Numbered from the stretch's first letter, positions 1 to 8,309 are shown. The stretch is DNA of 55,170 nucleotides from Deltaproteobacteria bacterium (GCA_003647065.1 QMMC01000001.1:1-55170); one strand, 5' to 3'. The notes: generated from the letters alone by a model not told the origin. Numbers and translations are program-made.

Positions 1-1
1 C

Positions 2-3000
2 GACTTCGGCGTCGCCCGCCTTGCTGATGGCGCGACCCAGCTCACCGAAGCCGGGCGGGTCGTCGGCACCCTCGACTACCTCTCCCCGGAGCAGGCCGAG
101 GGGCGTCCGGTGATCGAGGCGACAAGCGATCTCTTCTCCCTCGGCGCAGTGCTCTACCAGGCTCTCGTCGGACGCCCGCCCTTTCGCCAGGGGACCCCCC
201 TCGGCACGCTGGTCGCGACGCTCCTGTCGGACCCGGTGCCGCCTCACTTCGATCGGAGGGACACACCAGAGGCCCTCGAAGAGGTGGTCCTGTGCGCGCT
301 GCAAAAGGAACCGCGAGCGCGTTTCGCCGATGCCCTCGCCTTTGCCGATGCCCTCGCGAAGGCTCGGGGCGACGACGCGTTGGCCCCAGAGCGCCGCCCG
401 CCGACCATTCCTCCCGGGGAGCGACGGGTGGTGGCCGTCCTGCTCGCCAAGGGGTTGCACGAAGAGAGCCGGCTCTCCGCGGCGATCCGCGAAGAAGGGG
501 GCCGGGTCCTCCATCTCCTCGGCGATCGCCTCCTCGGCCTCTTCGGGGCCGAGACCACCGCCGGTGACGAGCTCCTTCGGGCCGCGTCGGTCGCCGTACG
601 CTGCCGCTCCCACGCCGAACGCATCGCCATCGGTTCGGGGCGGGCCTCGGGGGCGGCCCGAGGGATCTACGGCTCGGCCCTCGACGAGGCCGAGAGCGCG
701 ATTTCCGTCGACATCGTCGGGGTCGGGGTCTCGGCGGAGGCGGCCCGGGGCCTGCCCAAGGGGCTCCCCCTCGAGGCCCTCGAAGGAGCGCTCTTTCAGC
801 TGGCCCCGGACACCCGGGTGCTCATGGCCCTCGACGCCGCCCCCGACGACGGGCCGATGTTTGGGCGCCACGTCGAGCTCGCCATGGTGGAGCGTGCTTT
901 GGACGAGACGCTCACCGAGAGCACGGCGAGGGTCGCGCTGATCTCCGGGCCCCAGGGCATCGGCAAGTCGCGACTCCGGGAGGAGGCCATGGCGATCGTG
1001 CGTGAGCGCGAGGGGCCGATTCGGGTGCTTCGGGCCCGGGCTTCGGCTCAGCGTTCGCGCCGCGCCCTCTCGCTCTTTCAGTCGTTGATCCGTGATGCCC
1101 TCGCAAGCGCGGGCGACGGCTCGAGCTCGCAAGACTCGCAAGACTCGCAAGACCCGCAAGACTCGCAAGGCCCACGAGATCCGGTAGCGACCCTCGAGAC
1201 CTTCGTGCGGCAGTTCGTCACCGTGCCGTCCGTCGCGGCGCGCATCGCCGAGGACCTCTCGCTCCTCGTCCGCGACACCGGTGACGTCGAGTCTCGTTTC
1301 TCGATGGCGGGGACCGACCTCCGGCGCATCGATGACCGCCTGCGGGTCTCGATGCTCGACTGGCTCGAGGCCACGTGTCGCGCTGAACCCCTGGTGATCG
1401 TCCTCGAAGACCTGTCGTTCTCGGACCCCCAGTCCCTCGAGGTCCTCGAACGCCTCCTCGAGCGCTGCTTCGATGCACCCCTCTTCGTGATCGCCTGCAC
1501 CCGCCCGGACGTCCTCGAGGCCAGCCCAGACCTGCTCATCGGCGCCGACGTGCACCGCATCGAACTCCGGGGGCTGAACCGGGGCGACGTGGGCCGCCTC
1601 GCCGCCCACGCGGCCAATGGCGCCGTGCCCGATGAATTGGCGGCGCGAATCCACGAGCGCACGGCGGGAAATCCCTTCTTCGTCCAGCAGGTCATCGCCG
1701 CCCTCGTCGAACGCGAAGAGTTGGCCAACCCGCCGGCGGAGTTGCCCATCCCCCTCACCGTCGAGGCCGCCGTCCAGTCGCGTCTCGACCACCTACCTTC
1801 GACCGAAAAGGAACTGGTCAAACGCGCGTCCATCTACCGTCGGCCCTTCGAGGTGGCGGACCTGACCGCCCTCGGGACGACGGAGCCCGCTTTGCTCCTG
1901 CGCTCGCTTCGCCGCCGGGACGTCGTGGTGGTGCGCCAGCGCGGTCGCTTCGACTTCAAGAGCTCCCTCACCGGCGAGGTGGCTTACCGAATGCTCGCCG
2001 AAGACCGGCGGGGTTCGCTGCATCGCGACGCGGCGAAGTGGCTCGAGGGAGGTGAAGGCACGGATCCAGAGGAGGTGGCGCGGCATCACGAAGCGGCTGG
2101 GGACGGGGAAATCGCAGCGCGCTGGTACGCCCGGGCGGCAACGGCGGCGACGCGCCGCGGAGACGTCGATACGGTGCTGCGCACCACTCGGGCCGCGCTC
2201 AGCCTGGGGGCCCCGGAGGCTCTTCGTTTCGGCCTGCACATGGCGCGCGCGGACGCGCTGCGCTTCCGCTCGAGGCAGGACCAAGCTTCAGAGCTCGACG
2301 CAGCGCTCGGCTATGCGCGGGACGATCGAGACCGCGCCCGGGTGCTCGCGGAGCAGTCCGTGGGGCTCTCCCGGGCGGGGCGTTCCGACGAGGCGGCGCA
2401 TGTCGGCGCCGAGGCGGTCGCCGCCGCCCGAAGGGCCGAGGATGAGCGCTTGGTCGCCATTGCTCAGGGGCGCCTCGCCCTCGCGCTGATTCAGAGCGGT
2501 GACATCGACGGGGCCACCGCGCTGGTCGACGAGGTCGAGGTCGCCACGACGGACGCCGAGCCCGAGCTTCGCGGCATGGTCTTCGAGTGGAGGGCGCAGG
2601 TCGCCGGCGCCGCGGGGGACCTCGGGACCCGCATGCGCTCCTTTGCCGCGGCTGCGGAGCTTCACGAGCTCGTCGGCGACTTGCGGCGGGCGGCCGGGGC
2701 CCGGGCGAACCTCGCCGACATGCAGAATCGCCTCGGCGCCTACGCGGAGGCCGCGAGCGCCTTGGTTCTCGCCCGAGACGCCTGCCGCGAGGTCGGCCAC
2801 CGGGCCATGGAGGGCTATGTGCTCTTGAACCTCGGCTACTCCCTCGCGATGCGCGGCGAGACCGATGCGTCCTCCGAGGCTTTGGCGGACGCGGAAGCGC
2901 TGGCGGAGGTCACCGACGAGGCGCGCCTCGCCCTCTTGGTCATGGGCTATCGGGCGCGCACCTTCCTCCGGGGCGGACGCCACGCTGAGGCACGGGACCT

Positions 3001-3379
3001 CGGTCGCCAGGCCGCGCGTCAGGCGCGCGAAGCGGGTATGGAGTCGGTCGCCATCGGCGCGTCCACGGTCCTCGCCGCGGCTCACCTCGCTCTCGGCGAG
3101 GTCGAAGCGGCCGTCGGTGCGTCCGCGGAGGCTCATGAGGCTTGCGTCGCCCTCGGCGGCATCGAAGAAGACGAGATCGAGGTCTACCTCACCTACGCCC
3201 GCGCGCTCTTCGGGGCCGAGCGCGCGGACGACGCGAAAAGGATCCTCATCGAGGGCCGCGAGCGCCTGATGATCCTCGCGGACGGCATGATGGATGAGGC
3301 CCTCAGGGCAGCAGTCCTCGAAAACGTGGCCGCCCACCGCGAGTTGCTTGCCCTAGCGGCCCAGTGGGCCGGCGCCTAA
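2..3379 (+). CDS. Ser/Thr protein kinase (5' end outside window) fused to a degenerate cyclase-like segment, a P-loop STAND/AAA-type NTPase and TPR-like helical repeats
   Basis: The frame is open from the window edge. DFGVARL...GTLDYLSPE...SDLFSLGAVLY matches kinase subdomains VII-XI. GERRVVAVLLAK...LLGLFGAE is class-III cyclase-like, but the metal-binding Asp positions are substituted. Walker A is GPQGIGKSRL and the Walker B-like motif is LVIVLEDLSFSD. The C-terminus is long and Ala/Leu/Arg-rich with helical repeats. Stop TAA at 3377-3379. Confidence 0.85.
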   Translation, partial: DFGVARLADGATQLTEAGRVVGTLDYLSPEQAEGRPVIEATSDLFSLGAVLYQALVGRPPFRQGTPLGTLVATLLSDPVPPHFDRRDTPEALEEVVLCALQKEPRARFADALAFADALAKARGDDALAPERRPPTIPPGERRVVAVLLAKGLHEESRLSAAIREEGGRVLHLLGDRLLGLFGAETTAGDELLRAASVAVRCRSHAERIAIGSGRASGAARGIYGSALDEAESAISVDIVGVGVSAEAARGLPKGLPLEALEGALFQLAPDTRVLMALDAAPDDGPMFGRHVELAMVERALDETLTESTARVALISGPQGIGKSRLREEAMAIVREREGPIRVLRARASAQRSRRALSLFQSLIRDALASAGDGSSSQDSQDSQDPQDSQGPRDPVATLETFVRQFVTVPSVAARIAEDLSLLVRDTGDVESRFSMAGTDLRRIDDRLRVSMLDWLEATCRAEPLVIVLEDLSFSDPQSLEVLERLLERCFDAPLFVIACTRPDVLEASPDLLIGADVHRIELRGLNRGDVGRLAAHAANGAVPDELAARIHERTAGNPFFVQQVIAALVEREELANPPAELPIPLTVEAAVQSRLDHLPSTEKELVKRASIYRRPFEVADLTALGTTEPALLLRSLRRRDVVVVRQRGRFDFKSSLTGEVAYRMLAEDRRGSLHRDAAKWLEGGEGTDPEEVARHHEAAGDGEIAARWYARAATAATRRGDVDTVLRTTRAALSLGAPEALRFGLHMARADALRFRSRQDQASELDAALGYARDDRDRARVLAEQSVGLSRAGRSDEAAHVGAEAVAAARRAEDERLVAIAQGRLALALIQSGDIDGATALVDEVEVATTDAEPELRGMVFEWRAQVAGAAGDLGTRMRSFAAAAELHELVGDLRRAAGARANLADMQNRLGAYAEAASALVLARDACREVGHRAMEGYVLLNLGYSLAMRGETDASSEALADAEALAEVTDEARLALLVMGYRARTFLRGGRHAEARDLGRQAARQAREAGMESVAIGASTVLAAAHLALGEVEAAVGASAEAHEACVALGGIEEDEIEVYLTYARALFGAERADDAKRILIEGRERLMILADGMMDEALRAAVLENVAAHRELLALAAQWAGA
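1127..1171 (+). repeat. In-frame tandem 9-bp repeat (5 units: TCGCAAGAC x3, CCGCAAGAC, TCGCAAGGC) encoding SQD-SQD-SQD-PQD-SQG
   Basis: Read directly from the sequence. It lies inside the kinase-NTPase CDS, between Walker A and the Walker B-like motif. Confidence 0.95.
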
Positions 3380-3384
3380 CACCG

Positions 3385-4815
3385 TTAGCGCCCGACGAGC
3401 TCCCCGAGGCCGCCCGTCGCGAGGGCGGACGGGTCCGGGAGGCATGAGGGGCCGATGGCCTCGACGATGTCGAGGGCGCCATCGAAGTCGGCGTCGTTCG
3501 CGAGGGTCATGCCGAGGCGGGTGACGTCGGCGTCCCATCCATCGGGGACCGCGCCGTTCTGCGCCAGGGCGCCGAAGGCCGCGCCGGCGCCGTTCACTTC
3601 GACGGCGGTCACGGCGAGGGTGGTCGGAGCGCCGCCGGCGAAGTCGAGCAAGAGCCCCACGCGGTCGTTGTCGGGGAGGGAGAGCCCGTCCAAGGTGACC
3701 TCCTCGGCGCCCACCAGGTGCACGCCGTCGCCGGCGCGAATCGAGCCCGTCGCACCAACGAGGGACGTGCGCGTATCGGTGCCTTCGATGCGTGCATTCG
3801 CGATGCTCACCGTGGGGGTCCGGATGGTCGCCACCCCCGCGAATCCGTTGCCGGACAGCATCGTAGCCGTCCCCCGGAGCGTGAGCGCGGCGCTGTCCTG
3901 AGCCCACACCCCGGCGAAGGCGTTGTCGGTCACGGAGAGGTCTTCGTGCAGGCCGGTGGCGCCGGCGTGCATCAGGCCGAAGGCCTCGGATTCGCAGACG
4001 GCCAGACCATTCGAATGTACCGATGCCCCCGCCGCGAAGAGCCCGTTGTAGGACTCGACGAGGAGCGTGCCTTGGCGGGCCCGGCATAGGCGCACGCCAT
4101 CGAGCTCTCCTTCGCCACCCCAGATCTCGAGCCCGGTGCCGACGTTGTCCTCGATGGCTCCGCCGGCCCACGACACCGTCGTGTCGACGAAGAGCGCGCC
4201 GAAGGCGGCGAAGTTCCTGGCGCTGACGTCGGTGAAGTGGGCGTCCGTGGTATCGACCACCACGACCCCGTGGGTCGCCGTCGTTGCCGTCGCGCAAGTA
4301 TAGGGCGGCAGCGGGATGGACGAGGGCAGGGCGCTGGGGTCGATGGCGCCCACGACGTCGACCCGGTCGACGACCAGGGCGGTGACGCCCTGGGCCGCGA
4401 ATCCGACCCCGCGGCTCGCCTCGATGGTCAGGTCGTGGACCGTGACCGCGCCGGGACCGTCGGCGACCACCGCCGCGCAGCCGTCCGAGACGACTCGCAG
4501 CGCCTCTACGGTCGTGGGGGAAGCAGACCCGACCGGTGCGGCCTCGAGGGTCAGGGCCCGGCCCCCCTCGCCGACTCGGAGGGTGGTGGCGCCGGCGCCG
4601 GCTCCCCGGAGCGTGACTCCCGCGGGGACGGTGAACTCGCCCAGGACCTCGCAGGCCCCGACGGTCACCACGTCGCCAGCGGAGGCGACGCCGAGGGCGG
4701 CTTCGAGCGCTCCGGCCTCGCAGATTTCTGCGTCGTCGCACCCGGCGATGGACACGAGGGCGATGAGCGCCAGGCCGACAGTGCCAGCGGTGCCCGAGGC
4801 ACGGGTCCGCCTCAC
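3385..4815 (-). CDS. Lipoprotein with right-handed parallel beta-helix (PbH1-like) repeats
   Basis: GTG start at 4815 is preceded by GAGGTGG. N-terminus VRRTRASGTAGTVGLALIALVSIAGC carries a signal peptide plus lipobox. Repeated short beta-helix rungs are present (LTIEASRGVGF, FTDVSARNFAAFG, IEDNVGTGLEIWG, SVTDNAFAGVWA). This is the lower part of the artefactual 792-aa track ORF. Confidence 0.75.
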   Translation of the reverse strand: MRRTRASGTAGTVGLALIALVSIAGCDDAEICEAGALEAALGVASAGDVVTVGACEVLGEFTVPAGVTLRGAGAGATTLRVGEGGRALTLEAAPVGSASPTTVEALRVVSDGCAAVVADGPGAVTVHDLTIEASRGVGFAAQGVTALVVDRVDVVGAIDPSALPSSIPLPPYTCATATTATHGVVVVDTTDAHFTDVSARNFAAFGALFVDTTVSWAGGAIEDNVGTGLEIWGGEGELDGVRLCRARQGTLLVESYNGLFAAGASVHSNGLAVCESEAFGLMHAGATGLHEDLSVTDNAFAGVWAQDSAALTLRGTATMLSGNGFAGVATIRTPTVSIANARIEGTDTRTSLVGATGSIRAGDGVHLVGAEEVTLDGLSLPDNDRVGLLLDFAGGAPTTLAVTAVEVNGAGAAFGALAQNGAVPDGWDADVTRLGMTLANDADFDGALDIVEAIGPSCLPDPSALATGGLGELVGR

Positions 4816-5726
4816 GAGCCCACCTCGGCGCCTACTTCGACCCCCAGCAAATCCCGGGCTTCGTCCCGGAACTCTTCTTCGCTCGCCGTGAGCTCGCGGA
4901 GCTTTTCGAGGACGATCTCCCGAAAGCGCTTCCGCGAGGCGTTCAGGTAGTTGCTCACGTCCGAGCTCTTGATGCCCAACTCTGACGCCAGGGCGCCGTA
5001 GGTCGGACGTTCGTCGGTGCTCGTCGGCAGGTCGTACCGTGAGAAGACCTCGAAGGGGATCTGCCGGCCCCGGCCCGTGAGTTCGGTCTCGAGGGCCTGC
5101 GTCGCCGCCTCGACCAGCTGCCGCGCCCACTCCCGGTCGAAGATGTCTTCGGCGCTCTCGGTGGTTCCGGCGTTCTCTGCGCTCAACTGGGCGCTGGCCT
5201 CGTTGCTCGCTCCGGCCGCTGCGAGTTCGTCCTCGGCGTCGCTGAAATCGAGGCTCAGGGGTGCGAGGCCGCCGCCCCTCTTCTGCGCCTTGTCCCAAAC
5301 CTCGGCGTTGCTCAGGTAATTGTCGAGGCACCGGCGGACGTAGGTGCGGAAGCGCGCGATGTCCGGGTCGAAGGCGGCGAACATGTCCTTCTCGAAGGCC
5401 TTCGCGAAGAAGCCTTGGGTGAGGTCCTTCGCTTCTTCGTTCGACTTTCGCCAACGAACTCGGATGTGTTTGTAGACCGGCTTCCAGTAGGATTTGACCA
5501 GCCGGTTGAAGGCGCGAGCCTTTGCGACCGGGTCGTCGCTCGCCGACCCGATGACCGCGGACCGGCTCGTCGCGGGGAAGGCGCGGCCGCCTTGTCCGAT
5601 CGCCGTGTCGTCGTCGGTCCAACGGCCCTGGTTCACGAAGGCGACCGTAGCAGAGGGGGGGGGAGGGGGCCATCGGTCGTCCTCGGTGTCCTGCTCGCTG
5701 CGCCACCACCACGCGGCGTCGTTCAT
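4812..5726 (-). CDS. Sigma-70 family, ECF-like RNA polymerase sigma factor with ~70-aa N-terminal extension
   Basis: Region-2-like FNRLVKSYWKPVYKHI...EAKDLTQGFFAKAF and RFRTYVRRCLDNYL. Region-4-like PTYGALASELGIKSSDVSNYLNASRKRFREIV. The stop TGA (4812-4814) overlaps the GTG start (4813-4815) of the downstream lipoprotein gene as GTGA. Confidence 0.75.
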   Translation of the reverse strand: MNDAAWWWRSEQDTEDDRWPPPPPSATVAFVNQGRWTDDDTAIGQGGRAFPATSRSAVIGSASDDPVAKARAFNRLVKSYWKPVYKHIRVRWRKSNEEAKDLTQGFFAKAFEKDMFAAFDPDIARFRTYVRRCLDNYLSNAEVWDKAQKRGGGLAPLSLDFSDAEDELAAAGASNEASAQLSAENAGTTESAEDIFDREWARQLVEAATQALETELTGRGRQIPFEVFSRYDLPTSTDERPTYGALASELGIKSSDVSNYLNASRKRFREIVLEKLRELTASEEEFRDEARDLLGVEVGAEVGS

Positions 5727-5882
5727 CGCAGTCTCGCCCCGGTGCCGTTCGTCGGACCATCACCGCGCGGCAATCCAGGGCCGCCCTTCACTGACCAGAA
5801 TCAGCGCGTTCAACTTGTTCGAGCTCATCTTCAAATGCCTCCGTGCCGGTCTCTACCGACCCAGGAGGCGAGCTCATTAAGT

Positions 5883-5979
5883 GGGGACGCGTGATTGCTT
5901 AATTGTCTTACCCAGCACTTGGGTCCCCAGTCACCGGCGCGGCCGGCGGGGTAAGACAATTAAGCAATCACGCGTCCCC
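5883..5979. repeat. Perfect inverted repeat: 31-bp arms (5883-5913 / 5949-5979), 35-nt spacer
   Basis: GGGGACGCGTGATTGCTTAATTGTCTTACCC is the exact reverse complement of 5949-5979. The arms are AT-rich and the spacer is GC-rich. It starts 3 nt after the stop of the 5983-6717 sigma gene. Confidence 0.97.
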
Positions 5980-5982
5980 TAA

Positions 5983-6717
5983 TTACGCGGATTCGGTTTT
6001 GCGGTTGGCCATCAGCGCGAAGGCGGCGTGGAGGCCGTGGCGCTGGTGCTCGTCGCTTATCTTGCGGGCCCGGGTGCGCACGCCCGTCGGGGTGGGCTCG
6101 CGCTGGAGCTTCTCCATCGTCTTGCGCATGTGCTTGCGGGCCTCGTGGACCCGCCAGGCGATGGTGCCCTCGGTGGACTCGAGGACCACGGCGGCCTCCT
6201 TGTAGGAGAGGCCTTGGAGGATGGTGAGCACGAGGGTCGTGCGCAGGGTGGGGGAGAGCTTGTCGAAAGCCGAGAGCAGGTGGCCGTAGGTCTCGTGCAG
6301 CTCGAGGGCGATCCGGGGGTCGCCGTGGGCATCGACCTGGACCGCGGCTTCGATGCGCGGGTCGTCGATGTCGACGGTCTTGCGCCGTCCGCGGTCGCGC
6401 TTCCTGTTCAAGGCCCGATAGAGGGCGATCCGGTAGAGCCAGGTGAAGAACTGGCTGCGCCCTTCGAAGGAGTGGATCTTGGCGTAGGCCCGGAGAAAGG
6501 CGTCTTGGGTGATGTCGTCGGCGTCGGACTTGCTGCCCGTCAGATGAAGGGCCAGGGCGAAGATCCGGGGCCTATAGCGGCGGACCAGCTCTTCGAAGGC
6601 TCCGTCGTCGCCTGCCTGGACCCGCTTGACCAGCTGGCTGGCCTCGAGGCCCTTTTGCTCTGCCTCACTGAGGGTTTTTTCACGCAATTCCGTCACCGCA
6701 GCCCGTTGGAACCCCAT
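5983..6717 (-). CDS. ECF (RpoE-like, sigma-24 type) RNA polymerase sigma factor with ~45-aa C-terminal tail
   Basis: Region 2 is DDITQDAFLRAYAKIHSFEGRSQFFTWLYRIALYRALN. Region 4 is LSPTLRTTLVLTILQGLSYKEAAVVLESTEGTIAWRVHEARKHM. TAA stop at 5983-5985. Confidence 0.9.
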   Translation of the reverse strand: MGFQRAAVTELREKTLSEAEQKGLEASQLVKRVQAGDDGAFEELVRRYRPRIFALALHLTGSKSDADDITQDAFLRAYAKIHSFEGRSQFFTWLYRIALYRALNRKRDRGRRKTVDIDDPRIEAAVQVDAHGDPRIALELHETYGHLLSAFDKLSPTLRTTLVLTILQGLSYKEAAVVLESTEGTIAWRVHEARKHMRKTMEKLQREPTPTGVRTRARKISDEHQRHGLHAAFALMANRKTESA

Positions 6718-6766
6718 TTGTCCATGTCATTGGGTCGGACACCAAATCCACCCGAGGCTTGGCTAC

Positions 6767-6792
6767 GACGTACGGGGCCCGAAGAAGTTTCC
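6767..6792 (-). promoter_or_regulatory. Candidate ECF-type promoter GGAAAC-N16-CGTC upstream of the RpoE-like sigma gene
   Basis: The minus strand reads GGAAACTTCTTCGGGCCCCGTACGTC. The AAC/CGT spacing of 16 nt fits ECF promoters generally. The -10 element is about 50 nt upstream of ATG 6717. Motif match only. Confidence 0.35.
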
Positions 6793-6920
6793 CCCGACTT
6801 CCTAGAGTACGCACCCCCTCCCGGGTTCATTCCTTCGTTTGCGACGCGTAACTGACTGAAATCATGAGGCGCGGGCCGTGGTAGGGGACCGCTACATCGT
6901 GAGCACGTAGAGTTGATCGC

Positions 6921-7427
6921 ATGAAAGTCATCGCTCTTCTCTTCGTAGCTCTCGCGGCGACCACTGCGTGCTCGGATTCGGATGATTCCGATGGGGGAAC
7001 GGACAGCGCAGTCGATAGCAGCGGCGAGATGTGCGACGAGGCGAACGATGCGTTCACGAGCTTCGTCGCCGCAAACCGGGCGTGCGACACGGCTGGGGAT
7101 TGCGTGATCATCGGGGATTGTGGGCCGAACGCGGACTTCACGGCCATTCGCCGTGAAGCCGCCGAGGAGGGCCGCCGATTGATGAGCATGCGGTGTTACG
7201 GAACCTTCGACGGCCCCACCTATAGCGCGGGCTGTGAAGGCGGAGCCTGCGTCACCGTGCCGACCGGGATGTACTGCGGCATGGCAGCGCCGATCGATTC
7301 GGGCATGGACGCGGATGCGGGCGTTGATGGCAGCCTCGATTCCGGTGTGGACGGTGCCGCTGATGTCGGCCCCGATGCGGATTGGGTTGCCGAAGGCGGG
7401 GTCGACGGGTCGTTCGACGACGTCTGA
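6921..7427 (+). CDS. Small Cys-containing secreted/lipoprotein, unknown function
   Basis: N-terminus MKVIALLFVALAATTACSD is a signal peptide with a lipobox-like Cys. An acidic low-complexity linker and several Cys follow. Coding-like GC3. Confidence 0.65.
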   Translation: MKVIALLFVALAATTACSDSDDSDGGTDSAVDSSGEMCDEANDAFTSFVAANRACDTAGDCVIIGDCGPNADFTAIRREAAEEGRRLMSMRCYGTFDGPTYSAGCEGGACVTVPTGMYCGMAAPIDSGMDADAGVDGSLDSGVDGAADVGPDADWVAEGGVDGSFDDV

Positions 7428-7437
7428 CCGGCTGCCG

Positions 7438-7599
7438 TTGGTGGAGGTAGATGGGGACCGTGTCGGCTGCGTCCACGTAGGTGAGGGGGCTGACCTCCCC
7501 GAGTACGTCCGCGATTTCGTCGGCGAGCAGCATGGTCAGGTGCCCGCCGGCGGAGCACCCGGCGACCCCGATGCGCCCGGGGTCTAGTCCGTACGTGTG
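7438..7599 (-). pseudogene. Remnant of an alpha/beta-hydrolase (esterase/lipase-type) gene
   Basis: The minus-strand translation HTYGLDPGRIGVAGCSAGGHLTMLLA...SPLTYVDAADTVPIYLHQ contains the nucleophile elbow G-x-S-x-G in the GxSAGG form. There is no oxyanion-hole N-terminus and no Asp/His C-terminus. The fragment is squeezed between two lipoprotein genes. Confidence 0.5.
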
Positions 7600-7635
7600 A
7601 GACCGAAGTGCTCTACACTCGCGGCCGGGGGGACG

Positions 7636-8229
7636 ATGAATCGATTGACGGTCGGGGCGGCTTGTTTGCTGGCGTTTGGGGGCGGATGCGACATCCCCAC
7701 TGAACTCTTCGGCCAGGCCTCCGACATGGCCGAGTTCTCTGTTTACTACGCGGAGCTCGGCACGGCCCTCAACGCGGCCGAACAAGGTTGGCCACCGGTC
7801 CTCGATGCACTGATCGACGCCGCGACAGAGCCCGGACAGCGTCCCGCCGCATTGGCGGCGGCCGACGCCCTCGTCGGTGACATCGAGACGGTCATCGAAG
7901 CGCGGCGCCCCGACGACGCGGAGAGTCACGCGGGCTATCAGGCGGCGCGCCGCATGGTGCAAGAGCGCCGGGCCGCCATCGCCCAGCTGCGCACGTCATG
8001 GCAGACGGTCACCGACCCCTTCGAGTCGGTGGAGCCCGTGACCACATTTGGCAATCAGTGGATGGCCGCTCAGCAGCAGTTCATGGCGGCAGCCGGAGGA
8101 CACAGCCAAGAGGTCTTCGGCCCCGCGGCCCAGCAAGCGGCGGAGGGGACCGGCGTGGCAGACCTCGTCCCGGCGATACCCGCGCCGGGGGCCGCACCGG
8201 GAGCCGGGGCCGGGGCCGGCGGCAAGTAG
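7636..8229 (+). CDS. Secreted protein/putative lipoprotein, unknown function
   Basis: ATG 7636 gives MNRLTVGAACLLAFGGGC (signal peptide, Cys). The body is Ala/Gln-rich and helical, with a Gly/Ala/Pro tail. The lipobox is non-canonical. Confidence 0.6.
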   Translation: MNRLTVGAACLLAFGGGCDIPTELFGQASDMAEFSVYYAELGTALNAAEQGWPPVLDALIDAATEPGQRPAALAAADALVGDIETVIEARRPDDAESHAGYQAARRMVQERRAAIAQLRTSWQTVTDPFESVEPVTTFGNQWMAAQQQFMAAAGGHSQEVFGPAAQQAAEGTGVADLVPAIPAPGAAPGAGAGAGGK

Positions 8230-8289
8230 CGGATCGACGCCGATGATGGCGACCGACGCGCGGGGCCCGGTCAACTCGATCGCGCGGTT

Positions 8290-8309
8290 GACTAGGGACA
8301 CCCCTAGTC
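8290..8309 (+). other. Perfect hairpin GACTAGGG-ACAC-CCCTAGTC
   Basis: 8-bp stem with a 4-nt loop, 61 nt after the stop of 7636-8229. No U-tract. It overlaps the right arm of GTCAAC-N11-GTTGAC (8270-8292). Confidence 0.8.

Noticed and set aside
3385-5763. 792-aa track ORF read as a single gene
   Set aside because: Only the lower part (from GTG 4815) has a signal peptide and beta-helix repeats. The upper part is an Arg/Pro/Gly-rich off-frame reading over the sigma-factor gene (4812-5726), which has clear sigma regions 2 and 4.
5883-5979. Interpreting the long palindromes as MITEs or IS remnants
   Set aside because: I found no flanking target-site duplication and no transposase. The two elements share only 7 terminal nucleotides. 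This cannot be excluded without a genome-wide copy search, so the observation is kept as an open finding rather than a mobile_element feature.
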